The notes under the pieces were generated by a model. The model ran no database searches. It was not told the origin of the DNA and saw nothing but the letters and a program-made list of their open reading frames with translations. Below are positions 55,133-64,000 of a DNA stretch of 64,000 bases, piece after piece. The first letter of the stretch is position 1. Each line of letters opens with the position of its first letter. Position numbers and translations under genes: made by a program. The DNA comes from an uncultured Lentisphaerota bacterium (GTDB taxonomy: Bacteria > Verrucomicrobiota > Kiritimatiellia > RFP12 > UBA1067), in NCBI GenBank assembly GCA_900320225.1, contig ONRL01000003.1, positions 48,509-112,508 on the forward strand. Reading direction: 5' to 3'.

Positions 55133-56868
55133 AGAAGCAGACGACACAACAGGCGACGGGCGCGCAGACGCTCGTGGATTCGCTCGCGAAGGCGGGCACG
55201 GAGGTGCTGTTCGGATATCCCGGCGGCTCCGTCCTCGACATCTTCAACTGCCTCCCGGAGGCGCCGTTCCAGTTCATTCTCGGCCGGCACGAGCAGGGAT
55301 GCGTGCACATGGCCGACGGCTACGCCCGCGCGAAGGGCAAGCCCGGCGTGTGCCTCGTCACCTCCGGCCCCGGCGCCACGAACACGATCACCGGCCTCGC
55401 CACCGCCCACATGGACGGCGTGCCGATCGTGTGCATCACGGGACAGGTTCCAATGGACCAGATCGGCACGGACGCCTTTCAGGAGGCTGACATGACCGGC
55501 ATCTGCCGCGCCGTCACGAAGCACAGCTTCCTCGTGCAGAGCGCGGACGAGATTCCCGAAACCGTGGCCGAGGCGTTCTACATCGCCACGCATGGCAAGC
55601 CCGGCCCGGTCGTGATCGACATCCCGAAAAACGTCCAGCGCGCGTTCACGTCGGCGCAGTACCCCGAACGCGTGTCGCTCCGAGCCTACCATCCCGAGTC
55701 CACGGCCTCCTCTTCGCAGATGGCGCGTTTCGCGAAGCTCGTCAACGAGGCGAAGCGCCCCGTGATCTACGCGGGCGGCGGCGTGATCGCCAGCGGCGCC
55801 GCGAAGGACGTCGCGAACCTCGCGCACCGCGCGCAGATCCCCGTCGCGACCACGCTCATGGGCCTCGGCGCGTTCGACGAGAACGACCCGCTCGCCCTCC
55901 GTCTCGCCGGCATGCACGGCTCGGCGGCCGCGAACTACGCGATCAACGAATCCGACCTCATCATCGCCCTCGGCGTGCGGTTCTCCGACCGCGTGACGGG
56001 CAAGCTCGCCGCCTACGCGAAACGGGCGAAGATCATCCACGTGGACTGCGATCCGGCGAGCATCGGCAAGAACGTGCCCGTGAACCTCGGCATCGTCGCC
56101 GACGTGAAGGACGTGCTCACCACGGTCAACTCGCGCATCAAATCCGCCGAGCACGCCGCCTGGCTCGCGAAGATCGCGGAGTGGATGAAGAGACGCCCCG
56201 TCACCTACAAGCCGATGCACCCGAACGTGATCATGCCGCAGGCCGTCATCGAGGCCGTCGACAAGGTCACGAAGGGGCGGGCTGTGATCGTGACGGACGT
56301 GGGACAACACCAGATGTGGTCGGCCCAGTTCTTCCGCCACAACCTGCCGCGCCACTTCCTCTCGTCGGGCGGCATGGGCACGATGGGCTTCGGCATTCCC
56401 GCCGCCATCGGCGCGGCGATCGCGCGGCCCGACCACACCACCGTGGCAATCTGCGGTGACGGCGGCGCGCAGATGACGTTCGAGGAGCTGGTTGTGGCCG
56501 TCGAGCACAAGCTGCCGGTCACGTTCATCGTGATCAACAACGCCTGTCTTGGCATGGTTCGCCAGTGGCAGGAGCTGTTCTACGGCAAGCGCTACTCGGG
56601 GTCCATCCTCTCCGTGCGCGGCCGCATGGCCAACGAGCGCCTGGAGCAGGACCTCAAATACGATTACCTTCCGGACCTCACGAAACTTGCCGAGGCGCAC
56701 GGGGCGGACGCCTACCGCGTGATCGACCCCGCGAAGCTCGACGCGACGATCCGCAAGGCGATCAACTCCGGCCGCACCTCCTTCGTGGAGGTGATCGTGG
56801 AGCCGCGCGCGAACGTGTATCCGATGCAGCCGGGCGGACAGCCGGTGGAAGGGATGATTTTCGAATGA
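55129..56868 (+). CDS. ilvB: acetolactate synthase large subunit
   Basis: GAQTLVDSLAKAGTEVLFGYPGG, the ThDP motif GGMGTMGFGIPAAIGA...GDGG, and typical length. ATGA overlap with the Sel1 stop. Confidence 0.9.
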   Translation: MKKQTTQQATGAQTLVDSLAKAGTEVLFGYPGGSVLDIFNCLPEAPFQFILGRHEQGCVHMADGYARAKGKPGVCLVTSGPGATNTITGLATAHMDGVPIVCITGQVPMDQIGTDAFQEADMTGICRAVTKHSFLVQSADEIPETVAEAFYIATHGKPGPVVIDIPKNVQRAFTSAQYPERVSLRAYHPESTASSSQMARFAKLVNEAKRPVIYAGGGVIASGAAKDVANLAHRAQIPVATTLMGLGAFDENDPLALRLAGMHGSAAANYAINESDLIIALGVRFSDRVTGKLAAYAKRAKIIHVDCDPASIGKNVPVNLGIVADVKDVLTTVNSRIKSAEHAAWLAKIAEWMKRRPVTYKPMHPNVIMPQAVIEAVDKVTKGRAVIVTDVGQHQMWSAQFFRHNLPRHFLSSGGMGTMGFGIPAAIGAAIARPDHTTVAICGDGGAQMTFEELVVAVEHKLPVTFIVINNACLGMVRQWQELFYGKRYSGSILSVRGRMANERLEQDLKYDYLPDLTKLAEAHGADAYRVIDPAKLDATIRKAINSGRTSFVEVIVEPRANVYPMQPGGQPVEGMIFE

Positions 56869-57113
56869 AAGAAGAAATCCATAGGCTGAATTGCTACGTC
56901 GAGAACAAGCCGGGCGTCCTCGCCCGGATCGTGGGCCTCATCTCCGGCCGCGGCTACAATATCCAGACGCTGAGCGTCGGCCCGACCGAGGACGGCACCG
57001 TCTCGCGCATGAAGATCGATGTCGTCGGCGACGACAAGGTCATCCGCCAGATCATCCTGCAGCTCAACAACCAGGTGAACGTGATCGAGGTCACCTCCCG
57101 CCGCCGCGCCTAA
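56865..57113 (+). CDS. ilvN: acetolactate synthase small (regulatory) subunit, ACT domain only
   Basis: VENKPGVLARIVGLISGRGYNIQTLSVGPTED ACT-domain signature. ATGA overlap with the ilvB stop. Confidence 0.8.
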   Translation: MKEEIHRLNCYVENKPGVLARIVGLISGRGYNIQTLSVGPTEDGTVSRMKIDVVGDDKVIRQIILQLNNQVNVIEVTSRRRA

Positions 57114-57149
57114 CGCGTTTCGCCGGGATTGCGGAGCGGCGAGGGGCTG

Positions 57150-57158
57150 TGGTATAAT
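57150..57158 (+). promoter_or_regulatory. extended -10 promoter (TGgTATAAT), 7 nt before ATG 57166
   Basis: Leaderless-type spacing. Confidence 0.5.
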
Positions 57159-57165
57159 AGGTGAC

Positions 57166-57876
57166 ATGAAAACACTCATCACAACCTGTTTCATCGCCGT
57201 TTCACTGGCGATTTCCGCCGCCAACATCGTTTTGATTGGCGACTCCACCCTCGCTCCGCGCGATGCCAAGACGAAGCTCGGCAGCTGGGGCGACGCGCTC
57301 AAGCCGTCGCTCGCGCCGGGCAACGGCATCATCAACCGATCCGTCGGCGGACGTACCGTGCGCACGACGAAGCCCAGCTGGGCGAAGAGCCTGGAAATGA
57401 TCTCGAAGGGTGACTTCGTGATCATCCAGTTCGGCATCAACGACGCCAACAAGAAGAAGCTCGTCGAAGAGGCCGAGTTCAAGAAGACGATCGCCGAGTT
57501 CGCCGACGACGTGATCGCCAAGGGAGCGACGCCCATCATCTGCAGCCCCGTGTCCAATGCCGGCTACGGCAAGGCCGGCAAGGCGGACGATCCGTTCAAG
57601 CTCACGGCCTCGCGCCGCACCTACGGCGACTACGCGAAGGCGTTGGCCGCGGAGAAGAAGCTCGCGTACGTGGACATGACGGCGCTCACCGCCGCCGAGC
57701 TTGCCAAGATTGGCAAGGACAAGGCGCTCGCGCTCTATACGGGCGAGACGATGCGGAAGGGGAAGCCGGCGTTTGACACGACGCATCCTTCAAAGGCTGG
57801 TGCAAAGCGCTTCGCCGAGCTGTTCATCGCCGACGTCAAGGCGCAGAAGCTCCCCGTCGCCGAACTATTCAAGTGA
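57166..57876 (+). CDS. SGNH/GDSL hydrolase (rhamnogalacturonan acetylesterase-like)
   Basis: Signal peptide. Block I IVLIGDSTLA, block II GGRT, block III GINDAN and block V DTTHPS. Confidence 0.8.
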   Translation: MKTLITTCFIAVSLAISAANIVLIGDSTLAPRDAKTKLGSWGDALKPSLAPGNGIINRSVGGRTVRTTKPSWAKSLEMISKGDFVIIQFGINDANKKKLVEEAEFKKTIAEFADDVIAKGATPIICSPVSNAGYGKAGKADDPFKLTASRRTYGDYAKALAAEKKLAYVDMTALTAAELAKIGKDKALALYTGETMRKGKPAFDTTHPSKAGAKRFAELFIADVKAQKLPVAELFK

Positions 57877-57886
57877 AGCGGCGAAA

Positions 57887-59935
57887 GTGGCAAGGCCTGT
57901 CTTTGTTTTGCTTCTTCTCGCCGTCGTGTCCGCGTGGGGCGAGGAATACATGCGCGTGGACGACGCGCCGGACGCGCCGTTGCCCGGCGTCGTCGTGCGC
58001 ACGGACATGTTCGCCGACGCGACGATCTGGAAGAAGCCCGGAATCTACCGCAACGCCCTCGTGTTCACGCAGGCGTGCGGACGCGTGAGCGTCGTCGGCA
58101 AGGTCGTCGCATCCGGAACCTACGACACCGCCTGGGGACTCGCGATGAAACCGCAGCCGCTGACGGCGAAGGGGCCGTGGTACGCGCTCTCGTTCGGCAT
58201 CGCGTCGAAGCCGCGCCTGCACAAGACGCGCGGCGGGCCGACCTACTCCACGGCCGTCGTCTGGTACGACGCCGCCGGAAAGGAAATCGCCCGCGAGCCG
58301 ATCTCGCTGCGCTCGCGCCTGGACGAACGGCGCCGCGCGGTGCACCTGGGCCGCATCCCGGAAGCCGCCGCGCGCTTTGCGGTCAACGTCGGGTTCGACT
58401 GGCCCAATCTCCTGAAGGGCGATTCCGTGACGCTTGATTCGCTGGACCTGCGCGTCCTCGCGCAGGAGCCGGGGGCGGAGTGGGTGAAGATGCCCGATTT
58501 CGAGGCGCCGCGCGTGCGGCTGGTGAGCGCCTCGCCGTTCACGGACCCCGCCGCCGAGCTGCGCGTGTCGGTGACGGCGCGACGTCCGCTCGACTGGTCC
58601 ACGCTCCGCGTGAGCGTGGACGGATCCGACGTGACGGCAAAGGTCCGCCGCGACGGGAACGTCGTCGCCTATACGCCGTCCGCGCCGTGGACGCCCGGCC
58701 TTCACCGGGCGGACGTGAAGATCGCCGATCCCGAGGCGGGCGGCATGTTCCTTGCGAAGAAGACGTTCTTCCGCGGCGAACCGCCGCAGGGCGTGCCGCA
58801 CGTGACGCTGCGCGACGACGGGGTCACGCTCGTGGACGGCAAGCCGTTCTTCCCCGTCGGCATCTACGGCGTGATGAAGCGCGAGTACAACGGCTTCGAC
58901 TTCGACCGCGGCCTCCGGGAACTGGCGGCCGGCGGCTTCAATCTCGTGCACTCCTACACGGCGGGGCGCACGAAGGAGTTCCTCGACGCCGCCCACAAGT
59001 ACGGACTGAAGACGTGGACGGCGGAGTACAGTCCGGGCAAAGAGTTTGTGGAGACGCTCCGCCACCATCCAGCCCCGATCGCCTGGTATGTGGGCGACGA
59101 CACGGCCATGCACTTCACGCCCTCAGACATCTACGACCGCGTGGACGCCATCAAGGCCATCGACCCTTATCGCATCACGGTGCAGGCGGACGGGATGGGC
59201 AGCACCGAACCCGTCACGAACTACAGGCCCTTCGTGAAGACGACCGACGGCTTCCTCCCCGAGATCTATCCCGTCCGCGGCACGAACGCCCCGCCAGACC
59301 CGCAGTGCGTGGCGAAGACAATCCGCGACATGGAACGCCTGCGGCAGGACGTGGCGGAGTCGGGCGACGGCGCGCCGCGCACCGCCTGGGCGATCATCCA
59401 GTACTTCCGCGGGTGGACTGCCTGGAAGCGCTTCCCCACGCGCGACGAGTTGTACGCGATGAGCTTCGCCGCGCTCGCTCACGGCGCGCACGGCATCACG
59501 TGGTACACGTACGGCGGCACGGTGGAGCCTGAGAAGGGCAAGGACAACCACGGCATCACCGATACGCCGGAGATCTGGTGCAACATGACGAACCTTGCCA
59601 CGCGCATCCGTTCGCTTTCGCCCGCACTGCTCGAGCGCACGCCGCCTCAGCCGCCGCCCGCGAAGATCCTGAAGGGACCGGCGGCGGACGCGCTTGGCTA
59701 TCCGTCGATCTCGCTCCTTGTCAAGCGCCACGCAGGATTTGCCTACGTCATCACGGTCAACGGCACGCTGGAGGATATCACGGCCGAACTGGACCTGGGC
59801 ATGCCCGGCCCGGAGGCGGAGGTGCTGTGGGAGAACCGGCGCGTCCCGCTCGCGGGCGGGCGATTGAAAGACGCCTTCGCGCCGTATGCGGTGCATGTCT
59901 ACCGCATAGAGTTGAAAGGGGCATCTGGAAGCTAA
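57887..59935 (+). CDS. secreted TIM-barrel glycoside-hydrolase-like protein, family unknown
   Basis: GTG 57887 gives a signal-like N-terminus VARPVFVLLLLAVVSAWG. The central FFPVGIYGV...FNLVHSY...WYVGDD region resembles GH5/GH42-type barrels. The longer ORF from 57701 overlaps the preceding gene. Confidence 0.45.
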   Translation: MARPVFVLLLLAVVSAWGEEYMRVDDAPDAPLPGVVVRTDMFADATIWKKPGIYRNALVFTQACGRVSVVGKVVASGTYDTAWGLAMKPQPLTAKGPWYALSFGIASKPRLHKTRGGPTYSTAVVWYDAAGKEIAREPISLRSRLDERRRAVHLGRIPEAAARFAVNVGFDWPNLLKGDSVTLDSLDLRVLAQEPGAEWVKMPDFEAPRVRLVSASPFTDPAAELRVSVTARRPLDWSTLRVSVDGSDVTAKVRRDGNVVAYTPSAPWTPGLHRADVKIADPEAGGMFLAKKTFFRGEPPQGVPHVTLRDDGVTLVDGKPFFPVGIYGVMKREYNGFDFDRGLRELAAGGFNLVHSYTAGRTKEFLDAAHKYGLKTWTAEYSPGKEFVETLRHHPAPIAWYVGDDTAMHFTPSDIYDRVDAIKAIDPYRITVQADGMGSTEPVTNYRPFVKTTDGFLPEIYPVRGTNAPPDPQCVAKTIRDMERLRQDVAESGDGAPRTAWAIIQYFRGWTAWKRFPTRDELYAMSFAALAHGAHGITWYTYGGTVEPEKGKDNHGITDTPEIWCNMTNLATRIRSLSPALLERTPPQPPPAKILKGPAADALGYPSISLLVKRHAGFAYVITVNGTLEDITAELDLGMPGPEAEVLWENRRVPLAGGRLKDAFAPYAVHVYRIELKGASGS

Positions 59936-60003
59936 TTGAAGGGGACGTGTGTTATGACAGAAATAGGTTTTTTGATGGCGGCACGCTGATACTCTTCAGG
60001 TGA

Positions 60004-60924
60004 TCACCATCGCGTGCCCATTCCGGTTCGGCAGGTGCCGTGTGCGCCGAGGGGATTGGCGGCGGCGGCCGCGAGGGCGCGGAAGTCGCAGTTGAAATCT
60101 CGGATGTTGCCGCACGGCACGTCGATGAAGCCGCATGTCTGGAGATCGCCGACGTGCGAGAGGAACGCGAAGCCGCGTCCCCCCAGGCACCCGCACGGAC
60201 GCGGCCCGCACGCGCTCTCGCCGCCCCGCGCGGTCCAGTAGGCCGGCGCGGACGGGCAGCATGTCTCCTTTATGGCGAGGGGACCCGCCTTCGCCTTCGC
60301 AAATGCCCAGTCGAGCACTTGGCGCGTCTGGGCGTCCGACAGGGCGTAGTCGGCGATGCCCTTACCGCGCCCGATGGGCACGAGAAAAAACAAGTCGAGC
60401 TTTGACGCGCCGAGTTCGACGGCGCGGTCGTAGATGGCGTCGAGCCTGTCCACGTTGAGCGTGGACACGGTCACGTTCACCTGGAAGGGCATGCCGATCG
60501 CGTGTGCGATGCGCATGGCGCGCGTCACGTTGTCGTAGGCACCGGCCACGCCGCGGAAGGCGTCGTGCGACGCGGCGTCGGGTCCGTCGAGCGAGAACGA
60601 GCACGCCATCACGCCGGCGGCCTTGAGCGCGGCGAGGCGTTCCTCGGTGACGAACATCCCGCAGGGGGCCATCACGCTGCGCAGCTGGCGGGACGTGGCG
60701 TAGGAGACGAGCTCGAGGATGTCGGGGCGCAGCATCGGCTCGCCGCCCGTCCAGATGATCATCGTCCGTTCGAGGGAGTCGATCACGCGGCGGCATTCCT
60801 CCGTGGTGAGCTCATGCTCGTAGCGGATGTTCGCGGCCCCCGCGCGGCAGTGCTTGCAGGCGAGCGGACAGCGGCGCGTCACTTCCCAGGCGAGGACGCG
60901 CGGCGGCTGGAAGGGGACGCTCAT
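60004..60924 (-). CDS. radical SAM protein, NirJ/AhbD-like
   Basis: CPLACKHCRAG (CxxxCxxC) and GGEPMLRPD, with a Cys-rich C-terminal auxiliary-cluster region. ATGA overlap with the upstream gene. Confidence 0.65.
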   Translation of the reverse strand: MSVPFQPPRVLAWEVTRRCPLACKHCRAGAANIRYEHELTTEECRRVIDSLERTMIIWTGGEPMLRPDILELVSYATSRQLRSVMAPCGMFVTEERLAALKAAGVMACSFSLDGPDAASHDAFRGVAGAYDNVTRAMRIAHAIGMPFQVNVTVSTLNVDRLDAIYDRAVELGASKLDLFFLVPIGRGKGIADYALSDAQTRQVLDWAFAKAKAGPLAIKETCCPSAPAYWTARGGESACGPRPCGCLGGRGFAFLSHVGDLQTCGFIDVPCGNIRDFNCDFRALAAAAANPLGAHGTCRTGMGTRW

Positions 60925-62069
60925 CCGGGCATCCTGATTTCGTCGTCCGTCAGGTAGCATGTGGGGTCCTCGCCCCAGATGTCGCCCGTCACCGCCTCGC
61001 CGCGTGCGCGGAAGTTGCCGCCGCAGAGGTCGAGCCAGCGGCAGGCGCGGCAACGTCCCTTGACGTGTTCCTTCTTGTGGCGGAGGAGGTCGAGGAGCGA
61101 GCCGGGGGGCGGGTTGCCCCAGATTTCGGAAAAGGGCGTTTCAAGGACGTTGCCGACGGGGTGGTTGCGCCAGAACTGGTCGGGGTAGACGGTGCCGTCC
61201 CACGAGATGCAGGCGATGCCTTCGCCGGAGGAGTTGCCGCCGTTGAGCGCGAGCAGATCGTATGCGCGGCCGGCGTGGGGGAGGCCTTCGGCCTTCATGC
61301 GGAGGTAGAGGGCGATGCCGTCGCAGGGGTTGTCCACGGTGAGCACCTCCACGGGGAAGCCGGCGTCGAAGCAGGCCTTCGTCTCGACGACGATCATGTC
61401 GAGCGCGGCACGCGCCTCGGCATGGTCGAGGTCGGTGGCGGCGATCTCTTTGCCACGTCCCGTGTAGACGAGATGGTAGAGGCAGATGCGTGGCACGCGT
61501 TCGGCGCGCATGAGGTTGAAGATGTCGGGGATGGCGCGCACGTTGTCGCGCGTCATGGTCACGCGCAGGCCCACCTTCACGCCGCGCGCGCGGAGACGGC
61601 GGATGGCGTCGAGGGCGAGCTGGTAGGCGCCGGGGCGGCGGCGGAAGGCGTCGTGGATCGCCTCGGTGCCGTCGATGGAGATGCCCACGTAGGCGACGCC
61701 GAGGTCTCGGAGCCAATCGGCTGTGGCGTTGTCGATGAGCGTGCCGTTCGTGGAGAAGGTGACGCGGAGTCCCTTCTCCTTCGCGTACGCGGCGAGCGTG
61801 CGGATGTCGGACCGGGCGAAGGGTTCGCCGCCGGAGAAGAGCAGCACGGGCGCGCCGAAGGCGGCGAGGTCGTCAATGACGGCGAGGGCCTGCTCCGTTG
61901 AAAGCACCTTCTGCTCGCCTGCGTACGCGGCGTAGCAGTGGCTGCATGAAAGGTTGCACGCGGGCGTGCAGTTCCACACCACGATGGGCTTGCGGTGCGC
62001 GCCCGGACGATACCGCAGACGATCGCTTTCCTCGATCGTCCCGAAATACAGTTTTGATATCCCTACCAT
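60921..62069 (-). CDS. radical SAM/SPASM protein, NirJ/AhbC-like
   Basis: PIVVWNCTPACNLSCSHCYA resembles the NirJ N-terminus. GGEPF is present, and the C-terminal GRCRACRWLDLCGGNFRA is a SPASM-like motif. Confidence 0.65.
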   Translation of the reverse strand: MVGISKLYFGTIEESDRLRYRPGAHRKPIVVWNCTPACNLSCSHCYAAYAGEQKVLSTEQALAVIDDLAAFGAPVLLFSGGEPFARSDIRTLAAYAKEKGLRVTFSTNGTLIDNATADWLRDLGVAYVGISIDGTEAIHDAFRRRPGAYQLALDAIRRLRARGVKVGLRVTMTRDNVRAIPDIFNLMRAERVPRICLYHLVYTGRGKEIAATDLDHAEARAALDMIVVETKACFDAGFPVEVLTVDNPCDGIALYLRMKAEGLPHAGRAYDLLALNGGNSSGEGIACISWDGTVYPDQFWRNHPVGNVLETPFSEIWGNPPPGSLLDLLRHKKEHVKGRCRACRWLDLCGGNFRARGEAVTGDIWGEDPTCYLTDDEIRMPG

Positions 62070-62079
62070 TATCTTTCGT

Positions 62080-62117
62080 ACTAATCACTAATCACCAAGC
62101 ACTAAGCACCAAGCACC
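62080..62117. repeat. CACTAA/GCACCAA-word tract between nifS and the radical SAM genes
   Basis: ACTAATCACTAATCACCAAGCACTAAGCACCAAGCACC. Confidence 0.6.
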
Positions 62118-62119
62118 TC

Positions 62120-63304
62120 TCACTGATACGTCGTCGGGCCCTTGTCGGGACCGAACGGCGAGAGGTCGCGGAGGTTCTTGATGATGGGCGGGAGCTTCTC
62201 GAGCACGTAGTCGACCTCCTCCATCGTGTTGTAGCGCGAGAGGGAGAAGCGGATGGAGCCGTGGACGGCGATGAAGGGGACGCCCATGGCGCGGATCACG
62301 TGGGACGGGTCGAGCGAGCCGGAGGCGCACGCCGAGCCGGTGGAGATGCAGATGCCCTCGTCGGAGAGGTGGTAGGCGATGGCCTCGCCCTCGATGTACT
62401 CGAAGCTGACGTTGAGGGTGTTTGGCAGGCGGTGGTCGAGGTCGCCGTTCACGCGCACGTTCGGGCAGGTGGCGAGGATGCCGGCCTGGAGCTTGTCGCG
62501 GAGGGCGGCAATCTGGCGGGCCTCGGCCTCGTAGTTCTGCATGGCGAGCTCGCAGGCCTTGGCGAGACCCACGATGTAGGGCACGTTCTCGGTGCCGGCG
62601 CGGCGTCCGCTTTCCTGGTGTCCGCCGAGCAGGAAGGGCTTGATCTTCGTGCCGCGACGGACGAAGAGGGCGCCGATGCCCTTCGGGGCGTGGAACTTGT
62701 GTCCGCTCACGGCGAGGAGGTCCGCGGGCACGGTCTGCATGTCGATGGGGACCTTGCCGGCCACCTGCACGGCGTCGGTGTGGAAGGTGGCGCCGCATTC
62801 CTTGGCGATTTCGGCTGCCTCGCGCACGGGGAACACGGTGCCGGTCTCGTTGTTGGCCCACATGACGGAGACGAGGGCGTTCTTCGTACCTTTCAGCTCG
62901 GCGCGGAGCTGGTCGAGGTCGAACTGGCCCACGTGGTTGACGGGCAGCTCCACGACCGTGTGGCCGAGCGCCTTCAGCCGGCGGGCGGGCTGGAGCACGG
63001 CGGGGTGTTCCACGGCGGTGGTGACCATCTTCATGTCCTTGCCGAACCAGTCGGCGGCGCCGCGGATGGCGGTGTTGTCGGACTCCGTGGCGCACGAGGT
63101 GAAGTAGACCTCGTCCGGCTGGCAGTTGAAGAAGGCGGCCACCTGCTCGCGTGCCTTCTCCACGTGCTTGGCGACCTGTCCGCCGAAGGCGTGCATTGAC
63201 GACGGGTTGCCGTAGAGCTCGCCGAAGAAGGGCATCATGGCCTCTCGCACCTCCGGCGCGACCTGCGTGGTGGCGTTGTTGTCGAAATAGACGGTTTTGT
63301 TCAT
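62120..63304 (-). CDS. nifS: cysteine desulfurase (NifS/IscS class)
   Basis: MNKTVYFDNNATT...GNPSSMH, PLP lysine region SGHKFHAPKG, and active-site loop STGSACASGS. Confidence 0.9.
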   Translation of the reverse strand: MNKTVYFDNNATTQVAPEVREAMMPFFGELYGNPSSMHAFGGQVAKHVEKAREQVAAFFNCQPDEVYFTSCATESDNTAIRGAADWFGKDMKMVTTAVEHPAVLQPARRLKALGHTVVELPVNHVGQFDLDQLRAELKGTKNALVSVMWANNETGTVFPVREAAEIAKECGATFHTDAVQVAGKVPIDMQTVPADLLAVSGHKFHAPKGIGALFVRRGTKIKPFLLGGHQESGRRAGTENVPYIVGLAKACELAMQNYEAEARQIAALRDKLQAGILATCPNVRVNGDLDHRLPNTLNVSFEYIEGEAIAYHLSDEGICISTGSACASGSLDPSHVIRAMGVPFIAVHGSIRFSLSRYNTMEEVDYVLEKLPPIIKNLRDLSPFGPDKGPTTYQ

Positions 63305-63329
63305 TGTGCCTGATTCCTCAAGGGCGAAT

Positions 63330-63338
63330 ATTCTACCA
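63330..63338 (-). promoter_or_regulatory. extended -10 promoter (TGgTAGAAT on minus strand) for nifS
   Basis: Reverse complement of ATTCTACCA. The leader of about 19 nt contains GAGGA. Confidence 0.45.
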
Positions 63339-63380
63339 CATCCGGGCCGTTTTGTCCCTTGCGTTTTGCGTGGTTCCCGC

Positions 63381-63409
63381 TTGTTCCGCGCGAAATGTTT
63401 TGGTAGAAT
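63381..63409 (+). promoter_or_regulatory. promoter TTGTTC-17-TGgTAGAAT for the downstream lipoprotein gene
   Basis: Divergent from the nifS promoter and shares the same TGGTAGAAT box. Confidence 0.4.
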
Positions 63410-63510
63410 TCGTGCGTTTTCGGGCGGTTCCGGCGTCGGCGGGTAGTCGGCGAGGGTTCGTCCGGGGGGCGCGTGCGCGCGCTTTCAACATAGCGAATAA
63501 GGAAACGAAA

Positions 63511-64000
63511 ATGCGAAAGTTATTGTTCGTGCCGTCTGTTGTCTTGCTCGGCCTGGCCGCCGGATGCACGTCGCAGATGGTCGATTCACGAGGTAATCCC
63601 GTTTTCACGCCGAACGGCGATCCCGTGATGGTGTCGAGTTCCACGCAGGAGAAGGTCGATAAGGCCGCTCACTCGGTGAGCGCCGCCGTGCAGGCCATCG
63701 TCGATCGCGAATCAAGCGCGGGGAAGCTGAGCTCCGCTTCGACGACGCTGCCCGAGGGAAAAATCAAGGGCCTGCTCGGTCCTGAAGCGTCGGAGGACGA
63801 TGTTGCCGCGGTCAAGGCGTTCGCGGAGGCGGAGGCCCTCCGGTACAAGAAGGAGGTCGTCTATCCCGCCCGGGTGGCCATGGCCAAGAAGGCCCTTGCC
63901 GCAGCCGTGGACGGCTTCCTGACGCAGGGACAGTACAAAGAGGCGACCGCTTACCTGAATGGCTACAAGAAGACTGGAATCGCCGAGATCGACGGCCCCG
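63511..64000 (+). CDS. lipoprotein of unknown function, 3' end outside window
   Basis: ATG 63511 with MRKLLFVPSVVLLGLAAGC lipobox. The frame is open to the window end. Not in the ORF track because no stop is reached. Confidence 0.6.
   Translation, partial: MRKLLFVPSVVLLGLAAGCTSQMVDSRGNPVFTPNGDPVMVSSSTQEKVDKAAHSVSAAVQAIVDRESSAGKLSSASTTLPEGKIKGLLGPEASEDDVAAVKAFAEAEALRYKKEVVYPARVAMAKKALAAAVDGFLTQGQYKEATAYLNGYKKTGIAEIDGP

Noticed and set aside
54730-56868. Long N-terminal extensions in the ORF track (54730 for ilvB, 57701 for the GH-like gene, 25922 for GH2, 36266 for rnd, 37123 for the MFS gene, 53876 for the Sel1 gene, 52112 for hisS).
   Set aside because: The extensions overlap upstream genes or repeats and are low-complexity. 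Internal starts give signal peptides, SDs or ATGA coupling consistent with the recognised protein N-termini.
60004-62069. The radical SAM genes as the missing activase for the glycyl radical enzyme at 21117-23195.
   Set aside because: The N-termini and SPASM-like C-terminus resemble NirJ/Ahb proteins rather than PflA-type activases. They lie 37 kb away on the opposite strand.

Overview
High-GC bacterial chromosomal segment with AT-richer patches. Phylum is not assignable from sequence alone; gene content would suit a PVC-type glycan degrader, but that is a guess. The content falls into four blocks.

(1) 1-21 kb: a surface-polysaccharide/O-antigen locus. It holds an AsnB-like amidotransferase, LicD, GT4, an acyltransferase, GalE, GT2, a Wzy-like polymerase, a WcaI-like GT and FnlA/B/C for L-FucNAc. 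Cassette-like accessory genes interrupt it: a GNAT toxin pair, a class II Fic protein, a secreted FN3 protein, and an Rnl5-type RNA ligase with a four-helix-bundle/Zn-ribbon protein. The cassettes are separated by a recurring composite hairpin/terminator element.

(2) 21-28 kb: an orphan PFL2-type glycyl radical enzyme, hisA, an M16 peptidase, mlaE and a frameshifted GH2.

(3) 28-46 kb: a 936-aa protein followed by a CesT-like chaperone (putative type III effector pair), large secreted proteins, RNase D, and a sugar module (GlpT/UhpC-type MFS, D-psicose 3-epimerase, DUF89, GH2).

(4) 42.8-64 kb: a GLUG surface protein, a FadL-like OMP, a TonB-dependent receptor with TonB/ExbD/ExbB, hisS, a methyltransferase, a Sel1 lipoprotein, ilvBN, an SGNH esterase, a GH-like protein, two NirJ/Ahb-like radical SAM genes and nifS.

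The most unusual signals are:
- GC-rich palindromic modules that occur intergenically and also in frame inside at least four CDSs, reminiscent of Rickettsia RPEs. One is a 30-bp tandem array inside a GH2.
- Long simple-word hairpins, including one that appears to carry the four-helix-bundle gene in its loop next to an empty twin.
- A promoter-driven, roughly 280-nt structured RNA ahead of the RNA ligase.
- A recurrent TGnTATAMT promoter lying 6-10 nt from start codons, which suggests leaderless mRNAs.

All calls rest on reading the sequence and the ORF translations; no searches were run.
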